Shown here: one piece after another, positions 12,661 through 26,294 of the stretch
Layout: every line of letters starts with the position of its first letter
Position numbering within the stretch: position 1 is the first letter of the stretch
DNA from: Geosiphon pyriformis uo1
Lineage: Eukaryota; Fungi; Glomeromycota
Assembly (NCBI GenBank): GCA_016748015.1
Contig: JAAOMT010000769.1
Coordinates: forward strand, 4,441 to 68,440
Direction of reading: 5' to 3'
Length of the DNA: 64,000 bases
The notes under the pieces: model-generated
What the model was told of the DNA's origin: nothing
Database searches by the model: none
What the model saw: the letters and a program-made list of their open reading frames with translations, nothing else
Position numbers and translations under genes: made by a program

Positions 12661-12908
12661 CTAGTACACAAATTTCTATGCTTATATTTATAATATATAA
12701 GTTTTTTTGGTGATTTAAATACTATTTAAAACAAAAAAAACTTTTTGCTATGCAAGAATGAAAGCAGTTACACCAAAATTTTGATGTGTTTTTGTACTAC
12801 AATATACAGATGGCATACATCAAATTCAAAAGCTATATAATATAATATATGTAATTATTTTTAATTAATAAAAATAATTAATATTACATAATTTAAAACA
12901 GATTATGA

Positions 12909-12946
12909 CGTCGATCACTGCGCCATATATGGCGCAGTGATCGACG
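12909..12946. repeat. Perfect 38-bp palindrome CGTCGATCACTGCGCCATATATGGCGCAGTGATCGACG
   Basis: Equal to its own reverse complement over 38 nt. Confidence 0.97.
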
Positions 12947-12957
12947 AAACAAATAAA

Positions 12958-12989
12958 GTCACGTGTCACAATATTAAATCACGTGATTT
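12958..12989. promoter_or_regulatory. Two CACGTG E-box motifs (gtcacgtg; aaatcacgtgattt) next to the palindrome
   Basis: The motifs are present in the sequence; function is inferred only. One intact copy remains in the other arm (47041-47046). Confidence 0.4.
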
Positions 12990-15900
12990 TCCGAGGTTGT
13001 TACAACTAAATTAATCTTTAATAGTTTATTAACTTTTTTTTAATTGTATTTAAGAAATATTAAACTATAATATTAACTGATAAATTACTATTTAATACTA
13101 AATTTATAAAATATCTAACTATTTGTGTTTTACAAATAAGAGAAATAATATTATTACTAAAAATCAATATTATTTTATTAAAAACATTAATTAATCTTTG
13201 AATATTTTTTTGGATATTAAAGATTTTTAAAAGTTTTTTCAAAATTATGAATAAATTATAAATTGATCAAATATAATATAAACAGATGTTTTTATTAGAT
13301 CTTTATATACTGAATAAGAATTAAATTTTTAAATAATTTTTAATAGTTTTGGTTTTAATAAATTTTTGAATATTTTTAAAGCAGTAATATTAGAATTCAG
13401 ATTAAAATTTATTTTTTGTTTTTTAAATCTGATGTAACTTGATAGTTTGTTATTAATTTTTTGTAATTTTATGTTATTATTAATTAAATTAAAACTAAAC
13501 AAAAATTTTTTTTTTATTTTTAAAATATATGTTTATTAATTTAAAAACTTATATTTTGTTGTTTTAATTAAAAAAATTTTTTTAAAGAAGTTTACATAAG
13601 CTTAACTGTTGTTAATTTTATTATTAATTTAATTGTTATTTCTTATAATTAAAGAAAACATAAGTGAATTATTACAATTTTATGCTAAATAATCAGTGTT
13701 TTTATATTAATAACAGACTAAAAAATCTTAATTTTTAGATTTTAAATTATATTAAAACTATTGTAATTAATTATAATAAGATTAATATTAAAGTTTTAAA
13801 AATTTTTGGATTTTTTGTATTGTTTTAATTAATAGTTTTAAAAATTAAGCAAGATTTACTATTAGCCAATTTATAAATTATTTATTAAAATTCTGATAAT
13901 TATTGAAAAAAAAACATATTTTTTAAATGTTGTTACTAAAAGTTTTTTTATTCTTTTTTGATATTATTAATATTTGTTTTATTATTAATTCTGCTATTAA
14001 TAAAAGTTCTGATAAGCTAATTTTTTTTAAAGTATCTTTTTATACTTTAAATTATATGTGCTGTTAAATTTATAATAGAATGGCCAATTTTATGATAAAA
14101 ATTGATTTTTTACAGAAAAATCTTATCTGTAAGCTTTTTTAAATATGTGTAATTATTTTGCTATAAAATTTAACTTTTCTACAAAAAATTTTGACTTTTA
14201 ATTACTAAATAATATAAAAAAATAAACTAAAGAAAAAAAATAAAAAATGTGCTAAAAAAATTATTTTAAATTTAGGCTTAGAAGTTATTAACAATTACTA
14301 AAATTAATAATTAATTAATTTTAAAAGTTTAATAAAAAAAATAAGTTTTAAGTAATAATTAAAAGATTTAAGTTTTTTAATTTGAATTTTATTTGAATTA
14401 ATTTATAAAAAAAATAACTTAAGTTTAAGTAAAGATTGATTTTAACTAAAATATATTTTCTTAAAAAAAAAGCTTTTTTTTTATACAACTTGTTATAATA
14501 CTATTCTATAATTTAACATTTTTTTTTTAATATTTTAGCAAATTTTGAATATTATATAGTTTAGTGTATTGCATAATTTAATCATTATAATTTGATTATA
14601 TTTGTGTTCTATATAAATCATATTATTAATTGAATAAAAATTTAGATAATTTAAAAAGATAAAAAGTAATAAATTAAAATAATAATATATGCTAATTAAT
14701 AATAGAAATTATACAAATAATTTTATATTAAATAATATCTTAAATTTTGGTTAGTGTGATAAATAATTATTTAAGTATTAGAATAAATAACAAATTTATA
14801 ACTTAATACTTAATAGATAATTATAAAAATATATTTTGAAGATCTTTATATTCTAAAAGTTTTGGTTAAAGTTTTTTGTATAATAAACAAAAATTTAATA
14901 GCAAATAATTAGTAATACTTAGTATTTAATTTTTCAATATAATAACTGACTTATTCTGGTAAATGTATCTTTCTGGTAAGTAATTTTTACTATTTATTTT
15001 ATGCTTTGTTTTAATGTTTTTTAACAAATAATTTTTGATGTTATAATTTTAGTGCTTTTTTTAAACAATTTTAGTAAACACAACTAAAATAAAGAAAACA
15101 AAAAAAATTAAAAAATTAGTATTCTGTTAATAGCTATAATCAAGAGTTATTGTTCTAATATAATTAAATTTTAATTATTATTAACATAAATTATTGATAG
15201 AATAAAAAATAGAAAATAATTCAATTAAGTGATAATGATAACATAAATTAAATAGTAATTGATATTTTATTGATAAATAAATAATTTTACTTTAAGTAAT
15301 AGCAATTGTATTTTTTAATAAATACTTATTTAATATACTTTATAAAAACTAATAATTATACAAATCAAAAAAAAATAAATAAATAAATAGTAAAAAATAA
15401 ACAAAAGAATATATTATTGTATTCATCTAAATATAATTTAAGTATAAATGTTTTTCTATAGTTTTAAAAGATTTTGCTTATATATTCTTAAAAAAAAATC
15501 AAAGATTAAGTTAGTAATTATATTAATGATTTGTTTAATAATCAAGTTAATAATTAAGTCATTAATCAAGTTAATAATTATAGTAATAACTAGTTTTAAA
15601 AATAAAATGACTAATTAATAATATTAGTAATTAATACATATGATTAATTATGGCTAAGTAAATAAATAAAAACTAAAAAGTAAAAGATTTATTCATAACA
15701 ATACTTTTTAAAAATAATATTTCTATAAATTTAATTATACAAATTGACTAAAAAAATTACAAAAAAGTTAAATTAATATATCAAATTTACAAATAGATTT
15801 GTTATATTTTCAATTAATGAAATTGAAACATAATTTAAACAAAACAAAATAAATCTTAAAAGTTAGATATTTTATAGTTTAGTTTGTTAATAAATATAAT

Positions 15901-17956
15901 TTTAATTTTTTATTTTGTTAAATATATACGTTTTATTATAAATAAAAGATTTTATTATAAAATAATATTTTTTAGAATTATTAAAATTTAATATTTAATC
16001 TAATAAATACAGAGAAACTTCTTTAAAATTATAAAAATTTTATATAAATATTTAATCAAAAAATTAATTGTCTAAATTAAAATTAAGTTCTTTTTTCAAA
16101 AGATAAAACTTTATAATTTGATACTTAAATATCATTTTTTCAGAATATTAAATTTAAATAATTTATTGTATTGAAAGATTTATTTTTTATAAAAAACATT
16201 TCGATTAAAGATCTAATTTTAATTTATTATAATTATAAAAATATATAAATTCAAGATTTTTTATTAATATTATTTTTATTATAATTTTGTTAATTTATTA
16301 ATTTTATTTATTGTAATTGTCAATTAAATAATATGTAAAATTCATATTTTGGTAAAAACAGAATTTTTAATATTATTCAATAAAAACAAAAAAAATATTA
16401 TTAATATTATTTATAATTTATATATATTATAATTAAAACTGAAATTTTTATTAATATATTAAACAATATTTTTGGTAATGCATAATATATTGTAAAAAAA
16501 AACTATATATTTCTGTAAATTGTACTTTATAAAGCTAAATATATTATATAATATATTAATACTTTAACTAAAAATGTTGATCAAAAAAAATTTGTTATAA
16601 TTTAGTATTCTAATAATTACATTAAGTTTAAGTTTGTTAACTGCTTAATTGTTGATTTGTAAACTTATTTAATAAAGATTCTACATAAAAAACTTTTAAT
16701 AATTACAAAAAATAATTATAAAATTTCAAATATTTAAATATAATATGACAAAATAAAAATATTATATTATATATTTTAAATACTATTGTCAAAAAGAAAA
16801 AATTTTGTTTTGTCTTGTTGTTTAATAAGATTTAAATTGCTTTTATAATTTTTAATGTGGTTTAAAATCAATATATTTAAATTTTTACTGATTATTTATA
16901 GATAATTGACCAAAAAAAATAATAGTATTTATTCTTAAAAAATACTTAAAGATTAAAAATAGTTAATAAAAATAAAGTGTAAATTAATGTAATTGGTCTT
17001 AAAATCATAGTTGCTAATTTTTCAAAAAAATCCAAAAATAGAAAAATAATTGGTAATTGGTAATAAAAATAATACAGCTGTTATAATTTTTTCAAAAAAT
17101 ATTAAACTGATTTTAATTAAAGTATTAATTTTAATATTTATGTAATGTATTATAACTATTGATATCTTAACTATTATATTTATTATTTTAAAGTTTAACT
17201 GTAAAGTTATTGGTTAAATTTTGAATAATTTATACATGTATTTATTAATAATGATTAAACACAAATATAAATTGTGTATTTTTTATAACTTAATCCAATT
17301 AAGACCCTATTATTCAAAATTAATAAGATTTAAACAAAAGATAAGTTTGGTTACCTAGATTTAAAACATAAAATAGGATATATATTGGCTTTTGCGAATC
17401 TATAAGTTTTAAAAATATCACATTTTTAATCATTTTTTTTTAATTTATTACCACTTTCACAATTTGACAAAACAGCATTATTATTGAAAGTTAAACTGTT
17501 TTTTCTTTTTTCTTTTTAATTTAATTAAAGCCACATTTGTTTACAAAGTATTATGATAGGGGTCTTATGATTAAATCTTATGGTATTTTTATGCTCCACA
17601 CGAAGGCTAATTTGGTTTATCATTGTTGTTGTTGTTGTTATTGTTGTTCCGCAAAGAAATTGAACTAGTTATTTAACCAACAATACAATGAGACAATAGG
17701 AAACTTTTTCAGTATTTTGTGTACTATAGCAACTTAAATTTGTTCATAGTTAAACCTATTTAGTATAATGAATAAGGTTTAATAGATTGATTTATTTCTT
17801 CTATGCGAACATAGTAAGAAACAACATAAATAAGAACTCGTTTTTAAACAAATAATTTTCTAAATGTACTATCAAATAAACCTTTAAAGAAACCCTCTTT
17901 GAATAATAACTTATTCACTTTTTATCCTTCTTTATCCTTTGTTCTTTATCCACATC

Positions 17957-19526
17957 ATGGAATACAAAGAAATTAATAGATATCGTCCATATGTTCAAGA
18001 TTGCAACGAATGTAAACGGTGTCAAAGGAGTATTAAAAATAATAAAGATTATAATTTGTGTGCGGCATGCTGGTTCATATTTTTTGAAAAACATTATAAA
18101 GACTTTTCAAGCGGCAATAAAGTAGTTGATGAGATAACTAAAAATCCAAATAATGATAATCGTGTATTCAATTACTATGAATGGATTCCATGGGAGCGTT
18201 TGTCGAATATCAATAAAATTGCTCAAGGAGGGTTCGGTATAATTTATAAAGCAACCCTAATTGATAGATTACTTGATCCCTGGAATATAAAACATCATGG
18301 TGAAATGGAATATAAAAGAGAAAGAATAGGCACAGAAGTAGCAATAAAAATTATAAAAACAAACAGTGAAGAATTGTTTAAAGAGGTAAACAAAGTATTA
18401 TTATTTATATCTATATATAAAATTAATTCATATTTATCTATTATTTATTTACTGTATATTTTCTATTTACTTTTATACACTGTGTTGATAGTTAAATATT
18501 TAAAACACTCGAGTATGGAATTGTGATGGAGTTTGCCGAGCATGGAGACATGTGAAAATATTTATCAATAAATTTCCATTCTACGGGTTGGAAATATAAA
18601 TTAATGATCGCACGTCATATAGCTTATGGACTTTCTTCAATTCATGACTCCGGTATGGTTCATCGTGACTTACACTCGGGCAACATAATACAATATAATG
18701 AACGATGGGTAGATATTGGAGACCTCGGATTATGTCAACCTATAAACAATAAAGCAACAACAACAGAGGAAAAAAAGATATATGGAGTGATTCCATACAT
18801 TCCACCAGAAGTTTTAAGAGGAGAAAAATTTACAACAGCTGGTGATATTTATAGTTTTAGCATGTTATTATGGGAATTAGCAACAGGAAAGCCTCCTTTT
18901 CATGATTGCTCTCATGACGCCATTCTTATAATGGCTATTTTAAATGGTCAAAGACCTGAAATAACCTCCCCACTTATTCCACCTTGTATTGCTGAAATAA
19001 TTGTAAAGTGTTGGGATGTTAATCCTGAGAATCGTCCTACTGCCAGAGAAGTTGTAAATAAGTTGGAGAAATTAGTGGCAGTAATTCCGAGTTTTTAGAA
19101 TCAGAAAATACGTATTTGAGATGTTAAAGAACGACTCTACAACAAAACCTTTAGGAAGATTTTCAAAATATATTCAATTTCTTAAAAAAGCAAAGAAACG
19201 CGACGAGATAGCAAAACCCTCGACGACAACAAAGATAAACATTCATCGAGGAGCAGTTTATACAAGTCGTCTTTTAACTGCACAAATGGTTGATTTTTCA
19301 AAAGGTTAGTTTATCTATTTTTTGTATTGATTAATTCATTGATTTAATTATTATACAATAGATTAATATTTTACTTTAATTTACTTTACTTCTTAAAAGA
19401 ATTAGTTTACTTGCCTGAAAGTAAGAAATTACATCTATCATTAATCATTAATCATTAATGAAATTTATCCTTTTATTTAACGCTTATTTCTTTCATTATC
19501 TATTATATTTAGACGGCTCTTCATAG
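17957..19526 (+). pseudogene. TKL-like Ser/Thr/Tyr protein kinase pseudogene (K1) with Cys-rich N-terminus
   Basis: GGFG, VAIK, HRDLHSGN, DLG and GVIPYIPPE motifs. Intron 18386-18491. ~70-nt deletion at the start of exon 2 relative to the paralogues, a CGA>TGA stop near 18553 and a C-terminal frameshift. Confidence 0.85.
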
Positions 19527-20669
19527 ATGTAGAAAGTAATTTCTTAAAGACGGAATTTGTATATTATTTATATTGTTTCTCTATGTTAACAAATCACCTA
19601 AATTAAAGTTAATCATAAATTTCTATTAATTGGTGAATGATTTACCTCCCTAAACTTTCAGATCATTCAAAATTTCTTATTATTTTTTAAAAACACAAGT
19701 ACTTAATTAAAAATAAATTAAATTTGAATATTACATTTTTTAAGTTGTCAATAAATAAAATTATTGAAATAACATAAATAAATAATGGTAAGTCAATTAT
19801 ATATTTTATTGGAATTTAAAAATGGTAGATAAAATTTATTTTATCAATTTATGCAAATATGTTATTTTGTAACATTTTTGAAAAATTATATTTTCAAAAA
19901 AAGAAAATACTGAAAATGCGATACAGATTATATATAAATACGTAAATTTTTAAACCCATTTGGTTTTTTAAAGTAATAAATTTTTTTATATTAAACTTAA
20001 AATTTTTTTTATTTTTTTATTTAATTGATTTCTTAAAAAATAACTATAATTTACCTAAGATAAATCAGTACTCGAAAGTTTAATCTAATAAAGAAAATTT
20101 AAAAAAGAAATAGCTTGTACTAAAAATTTATCAATTGTTGATAAAACTTTCACATCTAAATCATAATATAATTTGTAAAAAATACCAATTTTTAGGAATG
20201 ATTCAAGAATAATTTTTATAATAATTTGATAAATCAACAAAAATATGTATTTAAAATATTTCAGATAATATAATTATTATTTTAAAACATAATAAATCTT
20301 TATCTAAAATAATTCTTTATGAAAAGATCAAATTTAATATATAGAGTTCAACATAATTATTTATTTAGTACAATTTTAATCTATTAAGAATCATCTAAAT
20401 ATAATAGATAGTAAAAAATTATATTTACATATTTATATTTTAACTTTCTAAAATACTTCATACCTTTTAAAGGAGAAACAAAAGGTTTTTGAATATCTAA
20501 ACTATTTAATTTAATGATTTTATAAATTAATAATTAACTAAATAAAAAATCTTAATAATATTAAAGCTATTATGAATAAAAAATTTCAAATAAAAACAAA
20601 ATTATGAATAAACAATAATAATTATAAATAAAAATCCAAAAATATTAATCAATATTAATCAAATTAAGT

Positions 20670-20739
20670 NNNNNNNNNNNNNNNNNNNNNNNNNNNNNNN
20701 NNNNNNNNNNNNNNNNNNNNNNNNNNNNNNNNNNNNNNN
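20670..20739. other. Assembly gap (N run)
   Basis: Ns; its right edge mirrors the left edge of the gap at 32162. Confidence 1.
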
Positions 20740-22459
20740 TTTAATCATTTATAATAATTGCAAACATTTTTTTAATAACAAAGATTTTAATTATTATTTT
20801 ATTTTTGTATTTTATTTTAAAATAATTTATATATCATATTAATGAAATTATTTTTAAAATGATCCAAGTTTTTAATTTGGGTTTAAAATATAAAATATAA
20901 AATCTTAATTGTAATAAATACAATCATTAAAATAAAAAATTAAATTATTAAAAAATTTTGACCAAACTCTAATGGTTTTTTTATACCAAATTTTTAGCCA
21001 AAAATAAATATGAAATTTTTTACTTAAAAATTTATAATAAATTTTTCTATTTTTAAATATAGTAACTAAATTAAATGTGCATTTATTTAATACTAACTAT
21101 TTATTTTAAATGTAAATTCTTGATGCAAAAACTTAGTTGAAATGTTTTATTTTTTAAGTTACTAATAAAATATTTTTTGACTTTATAAAACAAAATATTT
21201 TAAATTGTGAAAAAAATCTTTTTTTTAAAATGTTTATTATTATATTATAATTTTGATTAAATATTTTTATATATAAAATTCAATCATAATAAATTTCAAA
21301 AATTAAAAATTTTTATAAATTATAAATTCAATAATAGTTTTAATATTTTTGTTTGACCAAAATTTAAAAAATGCTTTATAAAATAACTTGAAAAGTATTT
21401 GAATAATTATTATAATTTGGCAATATTATCAAGTATTTTAATTGAATTTTAAAAAGAGGTTCTTTTTAATTATAAAGTTTTTTTAAACAACTAGTTTTCG
21501 AAAAAATTTACTAAAAAGCAAATATTATGCAAATAAAATAATACAGTAAGTATTTAAATTTTAATAAATAAATATTTTTAAACAATAATATTTTTTTTAT
21601 CATGCATACATGAGTGAAGCCCAACCATTGACTATTTATGAATCAACGCTACACTACACTATCTCAAGGGGTTTCCTTATGCTCATCGCGCACATTATTT
21701 TTATGATATTTAATTTTGAAATTTTATATAATGGTTTTTGTATGAAAAATAAATTTACATATTTAATTATTGTGTATTTTTTTTATATTTAAAATTATTT
21801 TATCTAATTATTTGATATAAATCAAGCTGTTTTTATTTTATTTTATTTTATAAAGATATTATTACTTTTTATTTACACAGAGTTTTTGATTAAAATTTTA
21901 ATAACTATTATTTTAATTAACCTGTTTCAATAAAAAACATTTATTTGTTTAAAAATTTTAATTTGTGGGAATGATTGCAATTCTTTTTTTATTAAGAATT
22001 ATAATTGTTTTGTCTTATATTGAAATTAATTTTTTTTTTATAAAAAATATAAAAAAAGGACGAATATATATAAATTAGAGTTCAATTACGCCTCAATAAT
22101 TTCTTGTGACATCATGTTTACTGTTGTTCCATATATGAAAGATTTTTGGCTTATCAATATTTACCCATAATATTAACCAGACGAAAACCTCGATAATATT
22201 CCAATCACAAATGTTTTCATTCGGTTTTATAAAGATAAGAACTAGAATCTGAGGCATATGGGGTGGATGATAAATTTTTATACTTTGGGCTTCCTATTGT
22301 TCGTTTATAAAATCATTTCATTAATCAGAGTGATAATAAAAGTTATAACAAAATTGATGCTTTATTATTTCGCCTCCTAGAGAACAAATCAAATTGACCA
22401 ATTAAAAATTCATATTACCCTAACAAGAAAATGTTGGATAAGGCTACATTCAATAAGGC

Positions 22460-22461
<2 letters not shown>

Positions 22462-22493
<32 letters not shown>

Positions 22494-22508
22494 CATCATC
22501 ATCATAAT
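22462..22508. repeat. (AAT)n(CAT)n microsatellite in the 3' UTR region of the UBA gene
   Basis: Direct read. Confidence 0.85.
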
Positions 22509-22548
22509 AGTATAATCCCAATAATTTACATGGAAATTTATCCTATAA

Positions 22549-24152
22549 TTATCCAACATTATCTAACAAGTAATTGGTTGCTTTCTCTAAATTATAATCA
22601 TATTTTTCCAGGGCATCAATCGCTTCTTCCCTTGAAAATCCCATGTTTAAGGTAAGCTGTTTCAATACTTCAGAATCTTCCTTATCTTCAAAACTTTCTG
22701 AATGATCATTAATCACACTAGGTATGGGTGTTGTTGACCTTGATTTTGGTAATTCTTCCTTTGGTGGCCTACTAGGGGGTGGTAAGGTGTAGGAAGAATG
22801 AGAAGCACTACGGCCACGTACAATTGTTCGTGTGGATGATGAAGATAATGAGTTCGAGGAAGGAAGATAGTGTAAAGGGGACTGTAATTGTAATGATGAG
22901 CTAGGGCTGGAAGGATTGCTGATTGTTTTCAAGTTAGGTGTTGAATTAGAATAAGGCACGGCTTTATTTGGATGGATATGAGAGGGTGGGTTATAGACTA
23001 CAGGTGATAGTGTGGTTCCTGCATAACTTTGGTGTGACGGTATCTGTTGTTGAGGGATACTCGATCGTATTTCAATATTGGAAGAGTGTGGAATCATAAT
23101 TTTATGGCTGTTTCCATTAGCTGGCTTAGCAATATCAAGGGGGTTCATTGGTATCGATATAAGTTTGGGTCCAATTAAACTCTCTTGCACAACCGGGAAA
23201 TCATTTTCAAAAGTTTTTGAATCCCATGGATTTAAAGATGAATCTTGCTCGAACTCGTTGTAAAGCAGTTCTTGTGAAGATTTCCCCTAGAAAATAATAT
23301 TTTTATTACAAATTGCTTATCAAAGAATAAGGGAAATGACAAACCAAGTAAAATTCGATTAATACCTCCGTTGCGTCTACCTCTTTTAATTTTAAGCGCT
23401 CAATAACATGATTGGGCAAATCATCAGATGCTGAATACCCATTTTCCCCATCTTTCGCTATGTTCTTTACGATATTGTAATTATTCTCAATTGGGTTGTT
23501 AAGCCGGTGAATTGAATTCGAAGCTGGAATTGGTGTGAGAATTCGGCAATTTGTGTCAAGATAACCAGGGGCAATTTTGCGAGCCTCCAACTTCTGTTTG
23601 TGAATACGTTCCTCTTGCAAAGCTCTTACTTGTTCTGCGCGTGTGGCGGATAATGAAACGGCTTCAAGCCGTTCACGCTCTAACTGGGTGATAACATACC
23701 TTTCAAGGCGAAAATCATAGGATTGCTTTAAAATGTTTAAGATATCCAGTCAGACTCTAAATCAAGAATCTGATTCCATAAAGTCAATTGACAATGACTC
23801 ACGACTGGTTGTAGATCACCAAGAATGGTTTTCAACTCTGGTGGGAGCGTCACCTAATAGACCAAAAGAATTAAATTGAAGGTTTTGAAAGTGCAATTTA
23901 GCACCTTTTATGAAAACTAACCGGCTTGAGCGAAGAAAATTGCGGAGCTAAAATCAACGGTACGTCCTGTACAGCAGAGTAAATTGAGGAAACTACTTCG
24001 GATGGCAGGAAGGTTCAATTAGAGTGGAATTAAGTCAAAATGAAACTGTTCATAACATCACCGAGAAACTGAGATGCTCTTGCTTAACTCGTAAACGAGA
24101 GTCCACCTTACAATAGGAAGCAAGAAAAGTTTTACTTACAGTGATCATACAT
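22549..24152 (-). CDS. UBAP1-like protein (N-terminal UMA-like domain, C-terminal UBA), multi-exon; putative ESCRT-I subunit
   Basis: Spliced N-terminus ...VQDVPLILAPQFSSLKPVTLPPELKTILGDLQPVSYDFRLERYVI resembles the UBAP1 UMA signature (DVP...V.LP...YDF.LE). C-terminal MGFSREEAIDALEKYDYNLEKATNYLL is a UBA domain. Start at 24152 is tentative (short first exon MYDH, gtaagt donor). Confidence 0.75.
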
Positions 24153-24693
24153 AACCCGAAGAAAGTATTGATTAAGAGACAGGGTTGACAACGTTTTTGC
24201 AGTGACCATTAAATTAGATGTGCAACAGTACATCAGCCTATCAGCTATCGGCGCTACTATTCCATAGTCATAAAGCTGATGATTAATTAAAAGAAATCCT
24301 CATAAGAGTATTTTCACTTGATTGAAGAATCTTGACTAAATAGCATAGAAACTGCAAAATTTGAATGTGATATTGAATGCGGTAATTCCATGTACAATTA
24401 ATGGGTTATTTTGTCATCTTCATTGAAGGCGGGAAGCCTATTCGTAATAGAGGATGAATAGAGCTTCCTCGTTATGACTGGTTTAATATCCACATCCGAT
24501 TTATCTTCAAATCATTTACTATTCATTATTAACTGATAAGTGAGATTGTGATTCCCACAAAATTTTTTCAACATCACAAAAATATTAATCGACCAATCAT
24601 GAAACTTTAGGAATCACGGGTATTAAAAAATCATTTTCGTTTTCTCTTTAGGCTGTTCATTCTCTACAAAACCGGCAAATCGCTTGAATTCCA

Positions 24694-25693
24694 ATGTAAG
24701 TGAGCTAGTCATCGTTTTAAATTTCTACTGGCAAGAATCTGTTATATTTTAAAGGAACAGCACTGCTTCCTTTCTACGTTGAGAAATTGGTTAAGTCAAT
24801 ACGCTTTTTATGTTCTGGTTTTGAACAAGGCCGAACCTCAGGAGCCAGAAAAGATTGGCAGCCAGCGTGCTAAGCTGTGGCAAGAGAAAAGTTTGGCTTG
24901 ATCCGAATGAAGTGAATGAAATTTCAAACGCAAACTCTCGTGAGTTAAATATTTACTTCCTGGCAAAATCTTTTGATTGCCATTGTTCAACTAGTCGGTC
25001 AAGCTAAAAAAATGGTTGGACATATTAATTATTCTCTTATATTGGTTTCCCCAGGCCAAAACATCCGTAAACTTGTAAAGGATGGTTTCATAATCAAAAA
25101 ACCTCAAGTCATCCATTCGCGGTTTCGAGTTCGGGAAAAGTTAGAGGCCAAGCGTAAAGGTCGTCATACTGGCCCCGGTAAGAGAAAAGGTACTGCGAAC
25201 GCACGTATGCCTCATGCTGTTTTATGGATGAGGAGACAGCGGGTCTTGAGACGTTTGTTGAGAAAATATCGAGAGTCTGGAAAGATTGATAAGCATTTGT
25301 AAGATTCACATCAACCTTGTTTTTAAATTAAACTAAATAGCTTAGTAAAGAATAATAATTTTATAAATTCCCCCTTAGATATCATCAGTTGTATATGAAG
25401 GCCAAAGGTAATGTTTTCAAAAATAAGCGTGTACTAATGGAATACATTCATAAAGCCAAGGCCGAAAAAGCCCGTACTAAACTTCTCGCGTATGTATCTT
25501 TTAATCATTCCATTTAATTTCCCAAGCTTTTGAAGCTTACTAATTTTGTGTTACTTGGAACAGTGATCAAGCTGAAGCACATCGTCAAAAGACAAAAGCA
25601 GCGCGTGAGCGTCGGGCTCAACGTGTCGCAGACAAGAAAGCTGCTTTGCTCGGTATCGAGGTAGGGGAGGAGGATGTCCCAGAAGAAAAGTAG
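24694..25693 (+). CDS. RPL19: 60S ribosomal protein L19 (eL19), 5 exons
   Basis: AT|gtaagt intron within the start codon, then [28 protein letters not shown]; [20 protein letters not shown]; [21 protein letters not shown]; stop TAG 25691-25693. Confidence 0.97.
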
Positions 25694-26294
25694 CAAAGCA
25701 GAAGTCAACTGTTACTAGTTATGACCAATGATTAAAAGCCACACATGGTAAAAAAGTGCTTATTATGGTTGAGCTATCTACATTCATAATAAATTCGAAT
25801 GTGCTTTTCATTCTAGTTATCACTAGCATTGATTCCATAGATTTTTTTTGAACGAATTTTACTTTCTCATTATATTTAACATTTTTGACTTCAAATGGCT
25901 GATAATATAAATCACTGTTTTGCCAATTTGCGATGTACAATAATATGAATTGATAATAGTATGCCTAATAGTTAAGCCATTTTGCGAATTTTAGCTACAC
26001 GACTGGCACAAGAAAAAAGTGGTATCTGAGGCGTTGATAAGATATATCCATTTCCTAATAGCTATGAGAAATATAACCACATAAACGAAAAGTATTGTAA
26101 GCCTATTGATAGACAAGATATCAAAGACATCAGCTAAGGTTTGAAAGGAACCGACTACAGCAAAAAATGCCAATCTTGACTTATTGAAATTGCGACCACA
26201 ACTTAAAACCCCAATACACACAAATAATATACAAATTGAGAAATTATTAACATTGAAATAAGCTGCCTGTCATCCCTTCAAGACCGTTCTTATT

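Larger units (their letters stand above)
1..21105 (+). repeat. Left arm of giant inverted duplication (open at window start)
   Basis: Base 1 onward (gttttttttttatataattggttttggcaaatc) is the reverse complement of the stretch ending at 51510. Colinear reverse-complement matches at many anchors (2640/49650, 12909/47097, 17300/42270, 17957/34986, 20740/32161) up to ~21105/~31775. Confidence 0.9.

Noticed and set aside
12909-12946. Palindrome as rho-independent terminator, tRNA or Helitron 3' hairpin
   Set aside because: No loop/U-tract, no cloverleaf, and no CTRR end at the expected short distance; the eukaryotic context also argues against a terminator.
13060-13242. Short K/I/N/L/F-rich ORFs (also 44853, 46541, 60670, 61781, 32153)
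   Set aside because: Compositional artefacts of extremely AT-rich DNA or N runs.
15510-15585. ~12-bp degenerate tandem repeat (ttaataatcaag-like; mirror ~44890-44970)
   Set aside because: Low-complexity and probably a remnant of an eroded coding repeat; no further signal.
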